In this document: positions 12,678-22,229 of the stretch, piece after piece
How the letters are laid out: each line of letters starts with the position of its first letter
Numbering within the stretch: the first letter of the stretch is position 1
From: Chlorokybus atmophyticus
Taxonomy: Eukaryota > Plantae > Mesostigma and Chlorokybus algae
DNA: 64,000 nucleotides
NCBI GenBank assembly: GCA_009103225.1
Contig: RHPI01000249.1
Span: 308,348 to 372,347, forward strand
Reading direction: 5' to 3'
Program-made: the position numbers and the translations under genes
Notes under the pieces: generated by a model
What the model saw: the letters and a program-made list of their open reading frames with translations, nothing else
The model's database searches: none
What the model was told of the DNA's origin: nothing

Positions 12678-12753
12678 CTCTACCTACGGGGAAACCCGGG
12701 TTTCCCCGTAGGTAGAGAGAGAAATGTTGGCGGAGGGCCCTCCGCCAACATTT
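12678..12753. repeat. Two adjacent perfect loop-less palindromes (40 bp at 12678-12717; 32 bp at 12722-12753)
   Basis: CTCTACCTACGGGGAAACCC|GGGTTTCCCCGTAGGTAGAG and AAATGTTGGCGGAGGG|CCCTCCGCCAACATTT. Confidence 0.95.
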
Positions 12754-14346
12754 ATTCTTCAACGCCCACATTCGTCTGCCAGATGGCAAAGTGTTGGGTG
12801 TGGGGGAGTGTAGGCAGTGGTTTTGCCGGTGGGCTCGGGAGGGATTTCACAGGGTTTGCGACTTATCTGACCCACTCCTCCGGCGCCCATACACACGGCC
12901 GAGGAGCTCTACTACTGGGCCCCGCACTCCACGCACCAGCGTCTGGACACACTGTGGGCAGCCATCCCGCAGACATGGCTTGCTCTCCTCCATGCAGGAC
13001 CTGGCCTGCCGGCGGCGGGGGAATGGTGGGCTGCTCCAGCAGCGGACGGCGTCTTGACTTCAGTGCTCCTGGTCTCGTCCGTGAGCGCTGCGCAGTGTCG
13101 GGGTAGTCTCTTCCCCCTCTCAGGTCGGCAGCACAACACCCTCTTGGCCGGGGAAGAGGAGGGCCAGCTCTTCCTCCAGGCTGCATGTCGCGTTCATATC
13201 CTCCCCACCCCTTAGCGCTGGCGGAGGGGTCCCGCTCCTTTCTCTCCGGCCTGGCAGGAGCTGCCTGCAGCTTCTCGCTACCACGCTTGGTATCTTGCGG
13301 GTGGCGCGGCCCTTGCCGACGTCCATTATGATCCTCAAGCGGCAGGCTGGTCTGCCGAGCTCGGCAGACCAGCCTGGCTTTTTCACAACCGTTCCCACTC
13401 TGTGGGAGTATTCTTCCCACTTGGGCTATCGTGTTCTCTCTTGCAGGTCGGCATCCCTTGCGCCAGGCCCACAGCGCTGGAGAATGTTTGACCCAGCGTT
13501 ACCCTGGCAGCAAATTTGGCGAGGCGTGCAGTTCTCTCCATCTCCGGGTACACACCGCAGACTTATGTGGCTCATTGCGCATAGCGCTCTCTTTACGGGA
13601 GAGCGGCTGCAATACATGTGTGCAGACGAAGAGTGCTTGACCTGCCACGCAGCTCCGGTAGAGACCACGCTACACATTTTCCATACATGCGAGGCTGCCA
13701 CGCAGCTGTGGGGTTGGGTGCAGACTCTGTTTGCCAACCTTGGCGCTAGTCTGCGCACCTGGGCGCATGCCATTGTTGGTGTCGGCACACCTGTCTCGCC
13801 CAGCAGCTTTTTGCTGATGTGGCGCCATATTCGCCCCATAGCACTATGGTGTTTATGGTGCCATCGCTGCGCTTATAGGTATGGCCGCTCATTACCATGG
13901 GCGGTGCTCCGTGCAAAGCTCTTCCAGGCAGTCTCCTTGCTCGCTAGGGAGGAGTGGCTGTCGGTCATCACCTCCCCGCTCAAGGATGACAAGCCCACCA
14001 TTGCAATGTCCTCCTTCACTTCCACATGGGGCAGCAAGGGCTTCCTCTGCAAGGTCGCACAGACCCTACCTTCCGAAGGTGGAGTGGCGACACTGGTCCT
14101 TTCTGGCGGACGATGGCTGATAGGTAGACAACTTCTTACACCATCCCGTGCTCGGGGACACTTAGTGCTTGGGTTTACTCTTGTTCTGTTCGTTACTTGG
14201 CTGTTCTTCTTAGGCTGGCAGTCATAGTGCTGCTAGCCACCACGCAGTCTTAGTTAGATCCTTTTTGCTAGTGGTTTTTTCTACTTTTCAACCTTGCTCG
14301 TCTTTATTAATATGATTCTCTGTTGGCCTTGAAGGAAAAAATAAAA

Positions 14347-15924
14347 GTACAAAAAGGCTGCGTCGAGAAATGGGAAGGTTGCTGATGGACCAATAGGACG
14401 CTGCCAGCACTGTGGTAGCAGCAGTCTGCAACAGACCAATATGCTGAGAGAGTTGCGTACAAACACCGCCTGATATGCACACAAGACACAAATGACCGAC
14501 TGTGTCGGATAAGTACCTGCAGCTTAGCAACTGCGGCATAACACATCAATTGTTCTGGAATGTTCAGCAGCTGGAGGCAGGCAGGCAGCTGTTCAGCTGC
14601 ACTGCCCTTGCTGATAGGTTTGGGTTGCAGCTGCAGCGCACAATGCTCCACGCAAACTGCCACTTCGTACTTATCAGCAACTTGGAGCAGTTGCCAGAGC
14701 TGCGTCTGTGTGCGGGTCGTGGACACCCCTGTGTATAGATTACATGCAGCAGCTGCAACCTCTGCAAAGCAACACATGTGTATGTTGGAGTCTGTGCAAC
14801 AACAGCCATTGATGCAGACTAACTGAACGCGGTGACGCGCATGCAGCATGATGGCATAGACATGCATTTTCCCAGAGCAGCAGAATTAGAGGCACGTTTG
14901 TAGCACGTAGCAGGCTGCACGCCTTGTGCATTGAGCACTTCGTGGGGCTCACCATAACTGCACATAGTGACATGCAGCGGTGCTGTCTGTGTTGTGCGCT
15001 TTGCGGTCCCTGCCATGCCACCCTCCAACATGCACCGGAAGACAGCAGAATATCGCAGCTAAAAGTAGGCTACTGACATTTGTCTTGAGGTCAGCTGCGC
15101 AGGGCTCTGCAATGAGCACAAGCTAGCCAGTGGTAAGCGCAACACCTGAAACTGCGATAGGTACCTGTCGTTCCCTTGTGCATGCAGCCAGATTTGTCAG
15201 GGCATAGCGTCCTCACGCTACCATGCATGGCCGATGAACTACGCCCAAACATGACTACGGAAGAGACAGACGGAAACAAACGTCAAACCTGAGGTACCAA
15301 GACCGCAGCTGGGCGTGACATGGATATGCAGGACGCAGTCCGAGTACAATGGGTCATCAAAAGCAAAGCCGAATCCAGACTCGTGGTCATAAGGGCATTG
15401 GGATGCATCCAGCTTCGTGCAGCTGGGTTGCGTTTTCACACGTATCTGCTCGTCATCACGCTCTCCAGCCCTGCCTTGCCTGCGCATGGTGAAAGGCAAG
15501 AGGCTTTGAAGGAGTAAACATGGGCAGAATGAAGACGTTCATGACATGCATGACTCATCGGTACTCAACCTTCAACGTCCATGGTGGAGGTTGAGTAAGC
15601 TGCGGAGCCAACACTCACGACCTGCTTGAGACATAGTCCCCACATTACAACGCTAGCAGTGCCAATGAATGGCACATCCCACAGCATGCGGACTGATGAT
15701 TGCAAGTGCATAAAACAGGCAATCCGTGAGGGCCTTGGAACTTTTGCTCCCGTTATTGCATGCAGGAAAGCCACTACACTGTTTGGCCGGACTGTGTGAC
15801 TACGAGGACAAGAGCAACCAAGCGCACAGTGAAACACCGAAACAAGCTGTACTGTTAGTCACTTTCTGCTGTTGCAGCACTGACGCCTACCTTTGGCAAG
15901 CAGAGGCTCCAACGCCGCTGCCAT
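14347..15924 (-). pseudogene. LRB/POB1-like BTB gene, copy 2, 5' part (frameshifted; BACK exon missing)
   Basis: 'GFGFAFDDPLYSDCVLHIHV' (cf. LRB DFGFAFNDSNFSDR), frameshifted 'VSSLLLAA / FRCMLEGGM', and 'LLQVADKYEVAVCVEHCALQL'. Putative start MAAALEPLLAK at 15924. Confidence 0.85.
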
Positions 15925-16145
15925 GGCCACGCGTGCGCCACACCAAACTCGCATTGGCCGATGCAAGGTCCAAGACTGCTCCCGGTTGCTGCTGCCTGTG
16001 TGCATCCGGATGTCGACATGCTGTTGTGCATGCTCCTGCGGTGGCGGCATTGTCTGCATTGTCGAGGTGCTTGCAGATGTGCATGCGTGCAAATGTGCTC
16101 AACGGAGTCCTGAGTCCCCCTCCCGAGCGCCTCAATTAGGTAAAC

Positions 16146-19100
16146 ATGGAGGACGGCGGCGACAAGATCTAGAGCGACCAGCAGCAGGACAAGAAGGACC
16201 TGGCTGCGGGTGAGGGCAAAGCCTTCGTTGATTGTATTGTAACAAGCTATGTATGCGTCAATGTCCACAATCTGCTTCTCAGCAGGTGATGTGTGCTCTG
16301 CGGAGGCCGCTACCGATGCTTGTGTCAGCGCTCAGACGCCCGCCAGGCCAAAAATGTGTGCTGGAAGTGCTGTCAAGTGTAAGCAAAATCATCAAGTTGC
16401 CAAACAGCAGTGCAGGCTGGTATTACTGTATGCTGTTATACTTGCTCTCGCAACCAGAACTTCACATATGGGGTGGTAAGGTCTGCCTCAATCGTATACC
16501 ACACAGTACACGTAGGCTGAGGTGAACACAACCCGCCTGGTGGTTCTGCTGTGCGTTATGCTGGCTACTGGTTATGAGGTCCTTGCCATTATCATGAGCC
16601 ACAACGCATGGCGCGTGCGGAATGGAAACCTGCCACAGACCGCCGTCATAACAACGGTTTGATGTGTGCTGCAGCCATTGGCACTATGCATAGTGAACTG
16701 TACAGTATAAAGTTAGACAACACGATCAAGAGCACAGCGAACGCCACCAAACACACAGGTTACTATCATGTTGGCGCACCAGGTCGTTATACTGCTGGTG
16801 TTCGTGGCTGCAGGCCTACGCATCCTCCGTCTGATAAGAAGCGAGCGCGCAATTGAACAGGTGTGTGAGTGGTTGCGAGTACTTGCAAGTGTGTGTGTGC
16901 AAGTGCATGCGTGCGTGCGTGCGTGTATGCACATGTGTGCGTGCGTGTACACGCATGCATGTATGCATGCAGATGCTTGTTTGCGTGCACGTGTGCATGC
17001 TTACGTATACAATGGAACAACAAGCACCACGTCTCATCTCCCTTTTCCCTCCCGCAGATCGTGGCGTTGGCTCGGCTGCTGGCGATGCTTGCGAGCCTCC
17101 TGGCGGTAACACTTGCGCTTGCTGCCGGCGCGAACGGATTGCGCGGCCACTCTGCAACCGAATCCCGTGTTGGCGAGGTCGCAAGCCCCCTGCCGCTGGC
17201 CCTCTTCTACGTGTACTGCTAAGCAAGATAGGCAGGTATGTAGTTGACGTGTTGTTGTGTGCCTCGTGTCGTTGCAAGCAGTAGTACGTTCGTGCACACA
17301 ATGTTGTTGATCAGCGAGACCGGTGGACGCGTGTGCGCACACATCAATGCACGCACACGCACATGCACAGCCATACGGACACGTGCGCGCACAGGCACAT
17401 GTGCACTCACAAACACCGAATGGCTCTACGACTTAGCAGTCAGCAAACGAACATATGTAAGTCATTGAGCAATAAACCAACGACCAACAACCCACGCAAC
17501 AACTCGTCCTCTTTCCCTCCTCTTCTCCATCAGGTTGGTTCAGTCTTCCTTGCAGAGGAGGCTACCGTCTGCACCGCCTGTTCGCATGTGCCCCTTCTTA
17601 TTGCCAATTATGCTATTTGGAACCGTTTACGGTATTGTGCGGGTAGCGCTCGGGTCGGCCGCAGACGGGGACACCGGTTGCATCCCAGTCGTGTAAGCCC
17701 ACAACAACTACACCACAGTACTTGATGCAAACCTTGTGGTTGCAAGCATGCATGCACGTACGCGAGCACACGCACACACACACTCAAAACGTATATGGCG
17801 CGTGAACACGCACGCATAGCCATGCATGCGGGCGCGCATGTGCGCACAACACACACACGCGCGCACCGTACAGGTACACATGGCTGGCGATGCGTGTGCT
17901 GGCGGACAATCGTGGCGACAAGGGCGTTGTTAGCAAGGTGGTTGTGTCGTTCATCCTCCTGCTTGCCCTCGACTGCGCGGCGTTCTCTTTGGTGCTTTGG
18001 AACTCCATCAAGACCCGACGACACCTCCGCAACGTGCCCAACAATCGCATCAAAGCCCTCGCGTACAGCCTCTTTGCAGTGAGTCATGACCCTTCTCTCA
18101 CGCGCACACGCGCACACACACACGCGCACAGTACCGCATTCTTGGCATTCTTTACACACTCGCGTGCGCGTGCGCACACGCTTTGGTCTAACACAGTCAC
18201 TAACGACACATAATGAGTGGGGGCTTGTGGGCTTCGATAATGTTGCTGGCGTTGGTTGCGCTGTTGGCGGTGCCGCTGGACATGTTTCTGGTTCCCCGGA
18301 CGCACCTGCCGCGCTTCGGCTACTTTAAAGGGCCGCCATACCTCCTGCTCAGGCTGTCGTTCCTCACCGTCGCCTGGCTGTTCGTCCAGGTGCATGTGTG
18401 TCCGACATGCAGGTGCATGTCGGACGCACATGCACACATGCACACGAACATGTGTACGCACATGCACATGCACGCGCGCACACGCACATCTTACGCACGT
18501 TGTGTGTCGAGAACATCAAAAGTTTCACCATGCACTCTGGCATGCAGGTGTTGATACACCTGCCTGCCGATGCGTACGGGAGGCCTGTCTGTGGATGGTT
18601 CCGGTGTGCAGTACTAAGCAAGGAAATTGCATGCACAACAACTACTGACGACACGACACAACACGCCAACATGCCCACATCCTCACAGGTGCAACCCGGA
18701 CTTCGATTGAGGGTACGATCTGGAGCATACACGCAGATGGTGTCTTGCTCCCTGCAAGAGACTTGGCCTCCAGAGAACCTGCAGTTCCTTGAGATCTGGT
18801 ACTTGTAACAACTCATGTCCTTGCAAACACACTGGAACAGGCACACGTACATGCACACGGACACGTGCCCACGCGCTCACAAGCACATGCCCAAGCAGGT
18901 GCACGCACACACACGCAGAAAGAGAGTTACACGCATCTGACCATGCGTGCTTTCGTGTCCGGGTGCGTGCGCACACAAGCATGAACACATTTAACCACAC
19001 ATGTATTCACATACTTAGGCGTGTTTCTTACTTCATCTTTGTTGTTGTCTGCAGCGTCCTTGCCTTTAACTTCTCGAAGCTGGCATACCACTCCGGCCCT

Positions 19101-20684
19101 GTCATGCAGAGCCGACTGCTGCAAGGAAACTCTATCGAGAGTGAACCCTACACACTCGTCGCCGAAGCAGAGGACAGAGCGTCCGACACACTCGCAGTCA
19201 TTGTCAGATCGGAGAATCAGCCACCCGCACTTACTCAGACTCAAAGTCACACTCACAGTAAAGAAGCCCACCAAACACACTTAGCACAGCATTACTCCCG
19301 TGTAACTTCAAGTTGTCGTGCCAATTGGCATGCATCACAAACAATTGTTGACTTCAAGCACGAGTTGGCGTCTCGATAGAAGCATCACCACTATGCACAG
19401 CGTCGTTATGAGATGCTTTTGTTGTGACGCTGGAGTCTGCTTTGGCAATGCGTCTCCACACAACTTGCGCTCAGGTGCTGGAGAGTTGGGGCCGGAGGGT
19501 GACGATGCAGGAAGCCATGAAGGTGCACGCGGGGTTCTGCGCGGCTTATGACAGCGTTGCTGCGCAGGTATTAGAGACTGTTTTTCACTCTTAAGCATAG
19601 AATGCTGATGACATGAGAGAGAGGGAGGCGTGTGTTGTTGTGCTCTCACTCTTTCTGCCCAGGTGTTGAGTGTGGTGGAGAATGAGCGACGCATTACAAG
19701 GCTGCCCGTGCTTGTGGCTGGCCACAGGTTGTTGTTGTGGTGGTGGTGGTAGTGGTGGGACGTTGTCATCTATGTAGCCCACTCTTTTCCTGCCTTTTCC
19801 TGCGAAGCCTCGGCGGTGCTCTAGCCATGCTCTGCGCCTAGTACCTGCGCCCACATGCCGGCGTCCTCGCAGGTACCTGACAGTGGCACAGTCTCTACGC
19901 GTCAGTGCAATAAGATGTGAACGGTTAGACCACTTGAGAAGCTTACAACAATCAACAACCCAACATACCACTGCTGCGGTGCGTTACAGGAGCTGACCGT
20001 GTACACCTTTGGAGCACTGAGAGTGGGCAACGAGACGAGCCAGATCAACACGCTCGTGTCCAACATTTTCCGCATGGTGCACGTGCGTGACACGGTGAGT
20101 CACAAAGACAAGACAACGACCACAAACCAACATGAGTTGTGGGTCAGACTCCCCTCTCCCAACAGGTGACAAAGGTGCCGATGATGATACTCGGGTTCGC
20201 TCACGCGGATAAGGTGGTGCTGCTTAACTCGGACAACAACAGCAAGCTCCAAGGCGGGTCCAGCCTCCTGCTGGACCCGCCTTGGACCGACCTCGCCATA
20301 CTTCACACATTTGCGAGCTCATCAACCACTTACTTATCAGGTCAAGCAATCAAGCTTCGACAATCGTTCATTCAGGCGCCCTACACTTGTGCATGCACGT
20401 ACAAGCGCTGACGGCGTCAGGCCTTGACGCACACAGTCGCATACATGCACACGCCTGCAGGCACACATACCGACGCATGCACGCGCAGGCATCAACACGT
20501 ATGCATGCTCGCACCAGAATATGTTGCGAGCGGTATCGCACATACCTCACATGTAAACGACTTCCGTCGCAGGTATCGGCAAGCGCTGGAGCGGTGGTAC
20601 AACAAAGCTCACGTGAAGGAAGGAGGCGCTTCACCAGCAGCACCTTTCCGGTTTTGGGCACCACACACCGAAGCCGCTTCATAA
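16146..20684 (+). pseudogene. Class-3 (GHSLG) lipase with multi-pass N-terminal membrane region, apparently disrupted
   Basis: Spliced exons give 'KVHAGFCAAYDSV', 'VAGH-S|LGGALAML', 'VYTFGALRVGN', 'RMVHVRD-VTKVP' and 'NHLLIRYRQAL'. Upstream exons encode several hydrophobic helices (e.g. 17058-17220, 17890-18075, 18213-18389). In-frame TAG stops in exon 1 and after LCA (~19836), plus at least two frameshifts. Confidence 0.8.
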
Positions 20685-21781
20685 AGCCGCGCCGCATGTC
20701 AAACTCAATATCACAAGTTCAACCCACGCGGGCGGAACTCATGTCGCGGTTGCTGCCTCGTCACCGCTATGGTAGCCGACCGTTGCTAGCTTGTAAATCA
20801 GAAGTGTGCTTAGTCTGTAACTCCAATATGTGCAGATTGCTGTTGTTGTGATCGCAAACATGACTGTGGGAATCTAATGGCGTGCATGCATCATGATGCG
20901 TACACGTGTCTGTTGTCCTAGATTATGAAATTATAGGTAAGCTCTTTACGAAGTTAGAGTATGCAAGCTTGCATGTGGTTTGCACGTTGTGCTACTGCGC
21001 TGCAGACTAGCCATGCCCAACCCAGCACTCATCTATTGACTGTCCAGTTCATATTTGACATACGCTCTGATCTCCTTCATGTGGAACACCATGGCAATGC
21101 TGCACAGTAACATTACGATGACGCAACATCTGCCTAAGATGCGCTTACACGTGCACAACGGCGCGCTTGAGCATCTGCATACAAGCTGACACGCACTCGC
21201 AAATACAGGCAAGTTGCCTGTATTTACGAGTTAAAACCCGCAAGCGCGCGAAGGCTCATGCACTAGCACATAGTGGCACTCGCTTGCTTGCCTATGAGCG
21301 ATCAGAAACTTGCACGCAGTTGCAATTATCTGCGCATTCATGCAAACCAACTATCGAGTGACGTTGACAATAAACCATTACACAAACCAGCATGTGCAAG
21401 TTAATTAATATGGCTATGCGAGGCTGCGCTCGCACGCACAGTGAGCTCCATCCTCGTGTTCTTGCCATAACGGTTGGTGGTCACCACCAACGGTGTACAC
21501 GGTGTTCATTGTCTGACGTTCACGACCACAACCAATTTGCTGTCAGTGAGGCGTCTCCTCTGAAGCATGTAAATATATTGACAATGTAGCGCTTGCAATG
21601 GATACCTGCACTAAAATGTCCAATTATTCAAACATGTGATTATGCATCTATCTACAACACAGTCTCAACTTTTGTACAGACACGCGCGTGCGCGCGTGCG
21701 CACGCGTGCATACAAAACCTCAACTTTCTGCAATCCACCGCTTCAACTCCGCTTGTTGTTGGTGAAGCCGTCCGTGGACAT

Positions 21782-21868
21782 GCAACACGATGCCAATAAA
21801 CATGGAGACAACATCTGATTGTTCATGTGGAGACAATGTTGTCTCCACGTTCAATGGCATCGTGTTGC
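21782..21868. other. Long hairpin: 33-bp stem, 21-nt loop (pre-miRNA-like or MITE-like)
   Basis: Arms 21782-21814 and 21836-21868 differ at 3 of 33 positions. Read from the minus strand, two of these become G:U pairs. Confidence 0.6.
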
Positions 21869-22187
21869 TTCACGTGAACTTGAGTTGCGCAATGTTAAAG
21901 TCGTCTACGGCGAGCATAGTCGCAGGAAAGACTTGCCAGAGAGCGACGACATTAACGACCACGACCTTTCTTGCTCTCCAGGAATAAATTAGTACTAGGG
22001 CACGTTAAAAAGAGTTGCAACATTGCAATCTCTCACGCGCTGATTCGTGATAGCCATATGAAGTTGGAAAAGCATGTTGCCTATCTTCTTATGAAACATG
22101 ATCTTATAAACTTTATTCTGTTAATGATCTCATCCTCTATCGCCCTTATCAGGACATTTAGACACAAAAGACCAAAGCAATACGAGC

Positions 22188-22229
22188 TTCATCGCGACGG
22201 GTACCCTCCAAGGTACCCGTCGCGATGAA
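22188..22229. repeat. Perfect inverted repeat, 18-bp arms, 6-nt loop
   Basis: TTCATCGCGACGGGTACC-ctccaa-GGTACCCGTCGCGATGAA. Confidence 0.95.

Larger units (their letters stand above)
8365..14346 (+). mobile_element. L1/Tx1-type non-LTR retrotransposon (LINE), degraded, inserted antisense into BTB copy 2; 5' end approximate
   Basis: ORF1-like 'VRVQRWEE...EWISFLGMRPELL', degenerate knuckle 'CFYCKPG', 'DG*QQVTRKQK'. ORF2 RT 'DAPITQEELLVALRSM..KSPDIDG', 'WCPITLL..HYKILAK..A.RL', 'FIKHRYILDNI', 'LLLDCEKA', 'YFAFADDT'; C-terminal zinc-binding 'CLTCHAAPVETTLHIFHTC'. T-rich 3' UTR and A-rich tail at 14336-14346; many frameshifts and stops. Confidence 0.9.

Noticed and set aside
16700-19000. Numerous overlapping His/Thr/Cys/Ala-rich ORFs on both strands
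   Set aside because: They are products of CA/GT/GC-rich intron tracts with few stop codons; only the spliced hydrophobic and lipase exons are supported.
16146-20684. Possible TAG-to-Gln recoding suggested by in-frame TAGs in the lipase and LINE
   Set aside because: The same loci also carry frameshifts, intact genes (GH2, NAA10, TMEM120) have no internal TAG/TAA in the exons I read, and NAA10 appears to end in TAG.
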